From Seison nebaliae (Eukaryota): 64,000 bases of DNA. Positions 50,118 through 62,803 of this stretch are shown in pieces (the first letter of the stretch is position 1; each line of letters starts with the position of its first letter). The stretch covers positions 1 through 64,000 of the forward strand of contig JALJEE010001986.1 of NCBI GenBank assembly GCA_023231475.1. The letters run 5' to 3'. The position numbers and the translations under genes were made by a program. The notes beneath the pieces are model-generated. The model saw only the letters and a list, made by a program, of their open reading frames with translations, was not told the origin of the DNA and made no database searches.

Positions 50118-51182
50118 ATGTCACGTCGTTTAACGAAATTGATTAATCATTTGAATATTGAAAATTGTTCGAAATCTTCTGGAAAACTCCACAACTCCCT
50201 TCAGACTATTCCATACATCAATGACGATTTGTATTCGGAGGATAAATTTACCGATTTCCTTCATTCAATTCAATTACTTCAATCGACTCAATTTACACCG
50301 AAACAAATATCTGTTATAATTCAAACAACATCAAGTAAAACATCAACAAATCCTTATGAGATGAAATTACCCGACCAATCAATTGGAATCGAAAAAGGTA
50401 TTGCGAAAGAGATTATGGAAAAATCAGTTATGGATTGGACAGATATTGGAGAAATCAATAATCGTTTAACATTCTTGATAAAATTATTGAATGTGGAAGG
50501 AGAGTTTTGTAAAATAGTTCTGAAAGAAATGTCATTGTTATATCTCAATTACAATTTCCTGCATCATCGATTTAATTATGATTTTCATAAATTTTTTGAA
50601 AAATCTGAAAAAATTCATTTACTTCAATTTCATCATCAGGCTACACCAATCATTCGTTATGATTGGACATTCATCCAATTCAAAATGACTTATGCAATGT
50701 TCCCATTAGGCATCTCACCTCGACAAATGAGTAAGACATGTTTCCTTTCCATCTCTCTCATACGAATCATTCGCCGATTCTCTTTGTTGAGATGTTTCAA
50801 TAAATGGATCGTAGTAGAACAACCATTGAAATTTTGGAGAAAGAAAAGTTTCCATTTTTGTTATTCATATCTTTCTCATTTACTTTCTTTTATAGCAAAA
50901 TTTTTAATGGAATTAGAAAGAAAGAAAAATATTAATCCAAGATTGAACGATGTGTTGTTGATGGAAGATGAGAAATTTATGAAATTATTTAATAAAGATG
51001 AAATTGAATCAGATGAATTCCAAATGTTATATCATCGTAATGATGAGGAGTTATTAGAAGATGCAATGGAAGAATTGGAGGAATATATCGATCCAATGTC
51101 AGTCACGTTACATTCGAAAAAAACAGCGAAATTATTAACAAGACTATTTTATTATTCAAAAGACAATGAAATTAGTTTGTGA
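50118..51182 (+). CDS. MTERF4: Mitochondrial transcription termination factor family protein, MTERF4-like; one in-frame 48-nt intron (50848-50895)
   Basis: KMTYAMFPLGI, SLIRIIRRFSLL, NPRLNDVLLMEDEKF and EFQML followed by an acidic tail. Confidence 0.65.
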   Translation: MSRRLTKLINHLNIENCSKSSGKLHNSLQTIPYINDDLYSEDKFTDFLHSIQLLQSTQFTPKQISVIIQTTSSKTSTNPYEMKLPDQSIGIEKGIAKEIMEKSVMDWTDIGEINNRLTFLIKLLNVEGEFCKIVLKEMSLLYLNYNFLHHRFNYDFHKFFEKSEKIHLLQFHHQATPIIRYDWTFIQFKMTYAMFPLGISPRQMSKTCFLSISLIRIIRRFSLLRCFNKWIVVEQPLKFWRKKSFHFCYSYLSHLLSFIAKFLMELERKKNINPRLNDVLLMEDEKFMKLFNKDEIESDEFQMLYHRNDEELLEDAMEELEEYIDPMSVTLHSKKTAKLLTRLFYYSKDNEISL

Positions 51183-51197
51183 ATAAATTGTTTTTTC

Positions 51198-54100
51198 TTA
51201 ATCATCAAATGGCATTGTTTCCTGATGTGCAACTGGTGCTTTTAAATCTGTTCCTTGTACTGGTGGTGTTGATGGATTGTCAACATTCAAACTTGATTCT
51301 TCTGGTGTTACATTTTCGGATGGACGATACTGTTGGCGATCTGTACCTGTTCGTGGTTTCTTTACATGTAGAATAACGGATTGTTTCGACGGATTAGAAG
51401 ATGATTCTTTCTGATTGGAAACCATTAACATCGATTCAGAAGCAAATCCTTCTTGACCACCAGAATCAGGATTTGCTGAAATTTCCTTTTCCGATCGTCG
51501 ACTGATGAAATTCATTTCGAAATCTCGTTCGTTTGCAAATTTCGTTTTTGTCTTTGACGATTTGAACATTTGTTTGATTGTCTTCAATGGTTTATTCAAC
51601 GATAATTCTTCATCATTCGATAACGTGTCCGTCGACTTTTGACCATCAAAATTTTCATCTAAAATTATTAAAATATTTGTAATAAATCAGAATGGATGGT
51701 GGTGCATAAATCGACAAGGAAAAATTAGCAAATCAAAATAATATGAATGTATCCATGGAAACGGTGCTAAGCATTTGGATGGAATACTAGAAATAGCCGA
51801 AATCAGGAATGAGCAACAAAGTTTTCTATTGTCAGTGGGAGAGGAATTCTTACGATCACAAATTGATAAGCGTTGATAATTCGGATTTATAATATCGATC
51901 GATGTTCGATCAGTTCGAAATCGACGGAAGTCTATCCGATAATCCATCGCTATTAAACTTAGAGAACGTTTGGGTGATTTCTTAAAATTAGGAAGAGATC
52001 TCTTTCTTTTCTTTCTTAGCAATTTAATGCGACTTCTATGCTCTTCATAATTAACGTCACCATCCTCATGTTGAGGTCGTGGACGAATTGGAAACGATTC
52101 ATTATCAGACAATATCGTCTGATCTTTACTCTTATTTCTCGACTTTTTCATAAGATAACCTTTTGATGGTTTCAATTGATCTTTCATTACAAAATTTGTT
52201 CGATCTTTCCCTTGGGATATTGGTGGATGTTGTTGTGATTCATGTGATTCATGAATCGGTTGATTAATTTTAATAGGTGGTGCAAACTGATTTGGATTAT
52301 TTAAACGATCCAATGTATTCACAACATCCTTCCATTTAGTAATAGGATTCTTTACTGTTTTCTTTGTCAAATGACCCGTATTGAAATTGAGACCACCACT
52401 GAACACTAGATCGGAATGCATCGATTTTCTAATATTCAACAATTTGTTTGTGTTCGATTTCTTCGTGGAATTATTCGTGTCATTCGAGATCTCTTCATTC
52501 GAATATAAATGTTTCAAAGAAAATTTTTGATCTCCATCAATCGGTTGAATAGAATTTTGATTACGGATACGTTGCAATTGCTTTTCCAATGTCTCTTCAT
52601 TATCCGAATCATGATCGATCGAACCAGTTTGTTGTTTTTTTCTAGTTATTAAATTCTGGAATAATGTTGTTCTCGGCTTATTTCCATGTGTTTGCTCCTC
52701 ATCAGAAAATAAACCATCTTCATGGCGTAATTTCGATGAACCAAGTCGACTCCGATGTTCATTACCATCTCCCAAACGATTCCGTTGTTTCTCATCACTC
52801 TAATTTAATCAACATTTTTTGAAAAACAATTCTTTCAAATGGCAAAAAATGGAACTTTTGGCAAAAACAAATTCAAATTATTCGTATTTCCAATATTGTT
52901 GTTGTTGTTATTATTATTATTGAGATTAGTATTATTAGCGTTGAAATTGATGGTTGGTGGGGAGAAATTGATGTTAGCGGAATTGATACCATTAAAATTC
53001 ATGTTAGAATTATTTAAATTCAAATGTCGAACGCCATTCTCTATTGCAGAATCAGTGGAGATTAACTTCGATTGGAATTCATATTCGAACATGGAGAATG
53101 TATCCATTATTTTATGTTCTTTCAATGCTAATTCATTTCGAATTGATGTGATCATTGCATTCGTCATCTTTGAAAAATGAGAATGAAAAATTCATATGAT
53201 AAATGAATAAAACTGCCATGACATTTGTCCACATTTCATAATTTGCTCTTTGATTGATGTAATAAATTGTAAGAATTGCTCCACTTTTTAATTGATTTTC
53301 ATGAGCGATCTCTTCACTCGAATCTTTCATTCCATAATTACTAAATTTCAATTTTCCAATTCGTTTTCTAAGAGAGATAAATGAACACTAACTAAATATA
53401 ATACAATCCTCTTAAGAATCCGAGAAATAGGTTTGATGTAAGAATGACACGTTCTCCTGACGGTTTTTTCGTAAATCCTTTGGTGGTTAATCTGTATTTA
53501 ATATTTGAATATGAAAAGAATGATAATATTTTCACTTACCTCTGACACATTTCACAAAAGAAACTTAGAGAGACTTTATGCATTCGTGAAATATTCATCA
53601 CGTAGATTTGAAGAAGGAATTGTACAATGATGAATCTATTTGAATGAGAAGATACGAATGAAAAAAAATTTTTAAAATGAAGAACTTCGTCCTATCATTA
53701 ACAATGTCGATATCTGGATAAATGCCACTAACAACATTCATCTTCATTGTTGAAGTGGCGAGAGCATCTTTGGTGAGACCTTGAGTCGGCATAGCGAAAG
53801 CTTCATGATAAATTGAAGGTGATCGCATATCGGGAATGCGGAATCCGAAGACTCTCGGACAATTAGAACTGTCATTTGCTTCCTACAAATCAAAATAAAG
53901 TTTTATAAATTTCCCTCTGACAATAATAGAATGATGGTAGCGTTTTTGTAGATAATGTAAGAAGAAAAAAAATTGAAAGTTGAATACATCAACATCATCC
54001 AGTAATAGAGCTACTGATACGGATTAATCGTTAATCGAGATTAGATATGGTGAAATTAAATGTTTTTCTTTCATTTCATTAATTAGCAATTAGTCAATTT

Positions 54101-57100
54101 ATGTGATGAGCTGAAAGCCAATAGATCCATAGCAGATAAAACATTATTATTCTCATCAATCCAATTATCAGTGGCGATTATTTAGCAACGACCGTTATGC
54201 AGCGACTCATTACTGAACGATTAGATGACGTTATAATGAATAGAAAGATAAGAGGAAATATGGAGGTGAATCGAGAATCAGATGGAAATGAATAACTAAC
54301 CAAATTATAAATTCCTTGAAGTAAAACTGCCACTGAAATGAAATCATCCTGAAAATATAGATTGATAATAGAAATGTTAGAAAAACATGTTTATCTCATT
54401 TCAATGTTTCCTTCGGAATAATGCAATAATGTTGATGAGAAGGGAGAGATGATAAATGACAAAATAGAAAAGGAAATTCTATTAGATGAATATTCGAATG
54501 TTTGATTATTGTTATTATTCTTTGCATTCCTCATTCGTATTTCATTTATCGAATTCTTTCAGAGAAATAAAGGAGGAGAATATAATTTAGAAAGTAGTGA
54601 TGGGGGATGAGAGAGACGAGTTACTCGAACGAATGTTCGTAGAAAAAAATATATGGAAGAAAAAGAAAAAGTTTATGGTTCATTGTTATCGTAGAATAAG
54701 TGGAATTAGGGAATAGAGTAAAATGAAATAATCTTCCATAATTTGATTATGAGTCGCTATCGGCAATTTCATTTCCTTCGACACTCTTATGTTCATTGGG
54801 TAGAGAAAGGACGGAGAAGAAAGTTGACAGTGTGAGAATTGTCGAGAGAGATATTAGTAGTATTGTGCCATACAATTCTTCCAATATATATCAATTCACT
54901 AGTAAAGCTGATCAGAGGGAAACCAAAATGTTTATATAATATTAGAAATATTTAATATTTGACACTAGGAATAGAGTACAGTTTCTAATCAACTTAATCT
55001 TTCTCTTCATCTCCTTCCACCATTTGTAGTTTGTGAGAGAAAGAAATCCATCTATTCATTCAACTTCCTACACATAACATTGACAGTGAGCATTAGCAAT
55101 TACTTATGTTATTCAATACTTTCTGCTTAGCTACATCCATTCCCAACTAAATGAAGATGTCATTGAAATTTATATTATTATCGCTCATGTTCTTTCAGTT
55201 GTGTCCATATTATTATTAGTATTAAGCCTCTTACCAAATGCTTTCAATCTTAATCATCTATAATATAAATCGATCACTATAAAGAAGATAAGTCAATATA
55301 TGTTCGTCAACTCGAAGCTCTTGAACTTATTATCTACTTAACTGATCTTCTTTCTCATTTTCTCATCCATGATACGAATCAAACTAGCATGAGATGGTAG
55401 TCGATATAAGAATGGTAGGTGAAAGAAACGACGGAAAGATTTTGGATAGGAAAAAGAATTTTGTGATGAAAATGTAAAAGGCCATATTGAATTTCATGTT
55501 GCGCTTCTCCCCGATTTCTGTTTCGATCACTTCGATAACTGCATCAATTTCTCCCACTATTTTCTTTTAAGTAGAGTTCGCATGTGAGAATGAAGTAGAA
55601 TGGCAATGACTGAATGGAGTAGGAGAGAATCGAATTCATTCCAATTTGATGTCGATACGAATGGAACCCTAATGAATTCATATGAAAGGAAGTTGAATGA
55701 CTCAAGAAAAGAAAATGAATGGATCAGCGAAACATTAGAATAAATCGGATGCTATTATTTCCTGTCGAGAGGTCGACTCTTCATCGTCTACATATAACAA
55801 AGTGAATGAAGTGAAAGAATAGATGGGAATGAAGGCAATTCTTTCTGCTTCATTCCAATCCAAAGAAATTTCCAATATTTTTATATCTACAACAAAACGT
55901 CCAAATGTATCAAATGCACACACACATATTCTACATGGAATATTCGACCTACACACACAAATACACACAAACACACACAAACACACACAAATACACACAA
56001 ATACACATATATGAACTACTCTAAACTATAATGTCTTTTTCCGACGTGCTAGAGTTATTGCTTAATATTATTTGATGGCAATACACACTAGGAAGGAAGG
56101 ATAATAAGTACACCGATCGAATTATTCCCCGAAAAAGGGGATATTCAGTTATGCGGAAAACGGTAATGTTATCGAATTGTATGATGAATGAACGAAGGAG
56201 TTGGTTATATAAAATTATAAATTTATCTCTTTTAATTTCAATTGATCTCTGCCACTTTTTTTTTGGAAGTGGAACATGATTTACACTCCTTTCTTAGTTG
56301 GTTAACTGATTCTTATTGAAAATAAACCAGATCGATTCGACTCATTTATCTAATTCCTCTTCAAAACGCCACTGAAGATCTTTGAGAACATTTCGTAAAC
56401 TTTTAATTTCCTTAGAATAACAATCATTTATACGAAAGATGATGATAAAGAATAAATGATTCTATATTCAATTCTTAAGTGGAATGAAAAAACAACAATT
56501 ATGAGATAACTGATGTTGTCTTCCTTAGTGCTAAGTTGGACGAGTGATGAATCGAATTATTCATCCGAACAAAACGAGTCAACAATAAGAAGAAAATTGG
56601 ATTGCTGACTTGATTACACAAAATGAAAGTTTTGCTTACTAACCGGATTACGATTCGAGTTGGCCGATAGTTCCATGTAGATGGTGATAAGTGTTGGGAT
56701 CAATTGAATGATGAACAATCGGTTGTGAATGAGTATGTCTAATTGTGATTTGACTGTTTCCAATTCTTTCTCTGACGAGAATTTGTTCACTAATTCGCTC
56801 TCCTTTCTTTCCGCTTTCTCCGTTTCGTTGATGAGAATACAATATTGTTCGTAAAGGATTTCGCATACTTTTGGACGAATCTAAATGTTGGATAGAAGAA
56901 AAAATGAGAAAGAAGAAGAAGAATAATAGAATAGAATAGATTGATGGTATAAGAGAAGAAGTAGAAGACGATGACGAATATATGAAGATGGAATATATGT
57001 AAGTTGTTGAAAGAATTACAATAGATAATTGATTGAATGTTCGATATGGAGGAGAACATCTACTATATCGAGAGCGCATCAGGCAATGTGGAAAATGCAT

Positions 57101-60100
57101 GAGCGACATATAGTGGAATAATGAGAGAATAGATGGTATAATGCAATGGAAAGAAAATCGGCTTATTTTCTCCTTTTGCTTATCATCAATATTCCTTAGC
57201 GCTTATTCTTTTTATGATTATTATCATCATCGTCATTATCACTAGGAGAGTGGTAATAACGAAAATAATTGGAATCATAATTCTTGTAATGAAATGGAAA
57301 AGAAATGAAGCAAAATAAGAAATTATTATACTGGATAATAAAGAAGATTATCTCACACGTTTCCTTCATCATTTTCCATTCATCTTTAATCATCGTATAT
57401 GTAGCACGACAACGGCGACTATGTCAGCGGGCGAAACTGATAATAATCATGACGATAATGATGATACATGAACATGGGAATAAATATTCATAGGAAAGCA
57501 TTCGTTCGTACGAATAATGACGAAGGCAGTGAATATCGAATGGGATATAATTGAAGAAATAACAAGAACAACAGCGAAAATTACAAAATCTTCCTCTTCG
57601 ATCATCAACATAATGTTCCTTTTCTGTGACATGCACTTTATCAGGAAGACCAATTTGAAAAATTAATAAAAATTCGCAATGAATGTTCGTCGTGTGGGGG
57701 ATGCCTACATCGAATATGACCGAAAATGTCACATGTCATTCGAAGGAAGAGAGTGAAGAGGGAAACCGAGATTAAAGTTAAAGATGAGAATAATGATAGA
57801 GAAATGAAGAAGACATTATTAAAATTTTTTCTCGAAAATTTGCTTTTTACGATTGCCGGAGAGAAGAAGGAGGTGAAAGAGGAAGATAAAGATGGTTGAA
57901 TGATGTGCAGGTGGAAGAAAGATGAAAATTTTTATATTGAATTTCATGCACATAATGTTGTCATTCCAATTGGGAGGTTCGAGTTCAGTCGTCTACTTGA
58001 AGGAGATGAAGAGAATTGGAGGAATTTCGGAGGAGAATTATTATTTTAAGAAAAATTTCCATTAGTTTGATTAACATCGAATGACATGAAATTGAATAAC
58101 ATCAATTAAATATGCGACGAATAAGATTCGTCTTGCACGACGGATGTAAATGACGGTGCAGTTGGTTGTCAAAGAAACTGCTACTAATCAAGAAAGTGGA
58201 GTGGAGGAACGAAGAAAAGAAGAAAATTAATAAAAAAGCAATGATGTGAAGGAATGACAAGAAAATAATAAAATATGCATGAATTGATCTCCAGTCAGAC
58301 ATGTTCCCATATATTCTAATTGAAAATAAGAATCATATCCATTTATCGATGGATGAGTAAGCTCATTGAATGAATACGAATACTGTTCTCTCACAGAAAG
58401 AATTGAAGAATATATATATTATATATATATACATGTATATATACATATGTATATATATAACAACATTCTCGACATTAATTCCATTTATCTTTTGACATTC
58501 CACTTTATTTCTACATAACATACATTAACGAAAAAAACATGACGATGATGATGATTATGATCATCATTATCGTTATAAAAATTATAATTAGCTTCCTCAT
58601 CATTCTGATGCATAGAATGTGCACAACATTAGAAAGATATCGTTATCATATATCTCCCTCTCATGTCAATTGGGATGAAAATGCGGATCATCACTATGAA
58701 TATTCATTGTTAATAAATTTTATGAGGAATCACAATGCAACATCGCAAAAGTTTCGCGTAGCAAAACATTGAAATTTATTCCATAATCATAGTAGATTGA
58801 TTGACAATACATAAATCAATATACTCTCAATTCAATCTAGCGATATTACACATTAATTGAATTACACAAACTTCAATGTACCGAAAGCAAAATAATCAAT
58901 AAATAGGAAAATAAAGTGTGGAAGAATTAACATAATCCTTTTCCTTCCATGAAATATTGGAAATTTAAAAAAAAAATTTTCTACGAAATATTATTTGTTA
59001 AAGAAATGATGAAAAATGAAAATATATCATCAATCTCCATATATAATATAACATAATATTTAATAACGACATTGACGGTTTGAAGGTGTGATACCGAAGA
59101 TTGAAAAAAAACAAGAAATATTAATAACACTGTTAAAAAAAGGATATCCATTCATTGATATTCGATATGGGGAATTGCTGAATTCTTAAATTATTCTTTG
59201 TTGGTTGAGATAAAATGAAAACATTTCGTGCAAAAATCTATCTGGAGTTGCAATATTATACGATGAATGAGAATCGTCGTTGAGTATCAATAACCTAAAG
59301 TAACTAGGAGGACGACCACTAGGGAGAACCTTAAGAGCGTGAGAGAAAATGCTGTTGGAGATAATATGAAAATTTTTATTTGAAATAATGTCAGACGAGG
59401 AGAGATATGGAATCGTTAAAAGACCGATAATAATCTTATATGAATTAATGAAAATAAATAAATGAAATGGCCATTTATCATCTTTATTTGTCGCTAATAT
59501 ATTATTTAAATGTCATTGTTGTATGTGTATGTGTATGTATGTATGTGTGTGAGTGCTTTGGAGAAGAATGTCAATTCATTTTAATTCTTTCGTCGCCTCA
59601 TACTCCAATGGAGGCAACACAAAATGCTAATATTAATAACATATTAGAAAGTATTCCTTTAATTTATCTAATCAATTCAATTCAAATTTCTTATAATTAG
59701 AATGGAAATGAAGTCGTCGTCATTCCTTCTGTAGAATAACGACAAGAATAAAATATGTTAGTAAAAAAGAAAGCATATCGAATTGATAATTGATGGTATG
59801 AAAAATAAATGCATCAATTGTATGTCCTTTCTTCCCCTGCACAATTTCCTGCAAATTCACATCAATCATTCTCATTAATGTACACATCATCCAGATGCAT
59901 CTGATTCATTTATACATGAACAGCGACTCTATTAATTCACTAATCTACATCCTATCGATGTTCATCGAATGCAGAAAATGGAAAGACGAATTCGTCTCAA
60001 CAACATTTTCTTTCTCATTATGACTCTCTCGTAACAACGATGATTATGATTATGATGATAATAGTGATGAAAATAATCACAATAAATATTATTCATGGAA

Positions 60101-61607
60101 AATATGAAGCGATTGAAGAATATGTTGGCGGGAGGGGGAAGTGTTGGTAAATAATTGTATTATAGATGGAAACGAATAAATTTTTTTACTTCCAACATTT
60201 CTCCTCCCACAACACAGAGAAAGAGAGATAGATTGGGAAAGAAAATATAAAGATGTTCTCACCAGTTTTCCATCTGCATATTCGCTTCAATAAAATTCTC
60301 GTTCCTTCTTTTCTTCTTACGAAAATGCTTTCGTCTCCTACTCTAACTCCTCCAAATAAACAGATATTCAGTTTTTGAAATAAACACAATTTTTGATGTC
60401 ATTTCTCTGACGAGAGAACTGTTGTCAAGATCAAATGAAACGAAAATTCCATTAACGAATTTACATTTGCACTCTCTTATTTAAAGAATAAATATTTCCC
60501 TCAAAACTATCGACATTTGAAAACTATTTGGAAGTTAGTCAGAAGAATATTTAGAAGTAACGAATATAGATAGAAGATGAGTCGTAGTCATGAGTGAATG
60601 TTGAAATAAAGTGACAATAACAAACTCTCGACGAATAATTCATTATTTCTTTCTAGAAGGAATAACCGATAATATTCGTCTTTATTGCATGCATGCAATC
60701 ATTACCAATTCTTATTATTGAACGAACAATTGCTGTAAATTTAATTCAAGGTCAATCGTTTCCAAATTAAAACGTATTTCTCTGTAAACAATTCATCGAT
60801 TTACATGAGCACACACTTAATAAACTTATGCAGCGGAATATATTTCGACCAATTCACCCTAATATCATGAACATAGGAACAAAAATTATTAAAGATTCAA
60901 CATTGGAGAATGGTAGAAAGTTGAAGATAATTGGAAGTGCACAAAACTTCTTTGCACAAAAGAAACAGAAATTCTTCTTCAAAAAAAATTGTAGTAAAGT
61001 AAGTGAATGGAGATGAATATTATTTTATATCAATTCTTATTTACATTTTATTGATTTATTAAAATAGAAAGAAGAATATTCATGAGAGAAAATTCGCTAT
61101 TCTTCTTCGCCTCCTCGTTTTCGTTCAACATAATTTAATAATTATACTTCTATCTTTCTTCTTCCCCTGTATCTAATATTCTAATTAAATACACTTTATT
61201 ACTTCGTAATAAAAATACGAGAAAAAGGAAAAGTCTCATTTTTATTATAAAAACATTCTCTTTCCGACTCCTCTTCAACGAAATATAGTTTTGGAAATGA
61301 AAATAAATTTCCCATCTGACAAAAAAGAAACATCAAATTTTCTTCTTCTGCATTTGACGGATTAATGACAAACAAACTTCTGAAGATAAATGAAAGAAAA
61401 TGAACGAACCTCAATATTCTTGTACAAGTTTTCAGTGATCTCATGAATAACGGTAGCGTCGAATTCGCTGAAGAGTTTCGGCTAAAAAAAATCGGTGAAA
61501 ATAATTTAATTAAAATTCCAAAAATTGTGAGACTAAACATCTTCTGAATTATTGAAGACTTTGTTCAACTTCTCTTGCAAAATCCTTAAAACATTTTTTA
61601 TTTCCAT
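51198..61607 (-). CDS. FAM126: Hyccin/FAM126 (PI4KA complex subunit) with long disordered C-terminus; contains the only long introns found in the window
   Basis: Exons 61539-61607, 61410-61481 (ENLYKNIE), 56644-56880 (IRPKVCEILYEQY..FIIQLIPTLITIY), 54301-54348 (LLQGIYNL), then FRIPDMRSPSIYHE, SGIYP, RANYEM and NAMITSI; 3' exon boundaries less certain. Confidence 0.85.
55950..56010. repeat. AC-rich micro/minisatellite (ACACACAAA[T/C])n in a hyccin intron
   Basis: Visible tandem 10-mers. Confidence 0.8.
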
Positions 61608-62803
61608 AATTATTCTGCCAATGAGTGGAAGATGTCAAAAATTCAGTATTTCCCTGAAGAATTTTTATCGATTCAGGTTTCTCTCTTCTTTGAATTGGTG
61701 TTGGGAGAATGTTGAATTTCGGGTTAGCAGGGAGACCAATTAACTGAAACAGAATCTAATCATGATGATGGAGTGGTATAATATAATATAAATATTTCTT
61801 TACCTTCAATCAAAGTAATTTAGATGTTTAAAGGAAATTTATATCAAAAATTACATGTTCCGAAGAAGGAGAAGAAATAAATTTGAACATTTGATGAATT
61901 ACTTTAGAAAGAAAACTTATTTCCAATTGAAGGTCAATGAAAATTATATAAGTTGTTAGATTTAGTCATAACTTCGACCATTGCATTATTCATCACCATG
62001 CCAACTAGAACGATATGACTAATTCCAATTTATATACATATCTCCATTTTTCAAATTAAATTAAATAAGACTTTTTAATTAAAGAATTGTCATCTTTAAC
62101 TTTTTTCTCCTAAAAACACGTTAAACACACAAAAACAACAGAAAACACACAATCGTATACACATTAAATTGTATAAAATGTGTGGAATAACTTGAGTGTA
62201 ATTAGTGAACGAGAACTAACAAGTTGATTGATTGTATTCATTCTTTCAAATTATAATAGGAGAAAAGAAGCCTTCATTCAGTTTCTTTTCATCTATTCAA
62301 ATGAAAGATAATAGATGCACGAATGGAAAATGATGTGGGAAGAATAATATATAGAATGAACGAGAGGAGAAAGACGAAAATATGCATAATGGAAATGCAA
62401 AAGAAAATCAATAAGACCAATTCTGTAAATTTCCATCCATATATCACTGTTGTTGTTGAGGGATTTGAATTCGATCTGAAATTCAAATTACAAGAAAACA
62501 TTACGAAAAACCTTTCTGAAATGTATTATCATTCACTTCACTCATTTATATTCACAGGAGAGGAGAGAATACTTCAAATCATCATTTTTTTTGTTCTCCA
62601 ACATCAAATTTTGTTCTGTTCTTCACATTCGTTTGTGAGCAAAAGAAAAACATCTCCCGAATAATTTGCATATCGATCATTTTCGAAATTGAAGTTTTGT
62701 TTCAATTTCAGCAATTCACTCATTATTATTGTTGAGAAGAAATTGAACATTTGAGTTCAAAGAATAAAATTGTTGGGAATAAATCTCGGTTTTATATGAG
62801 ATC

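Noticed and set aside
55735..61100. Numerous short ORFs in 55-61 kb
   Set aside because: Low-complexity or microsatellite translations inside long hyccin introns; the real exon at 56644-56880 is in a frame not listed in the ORF track.
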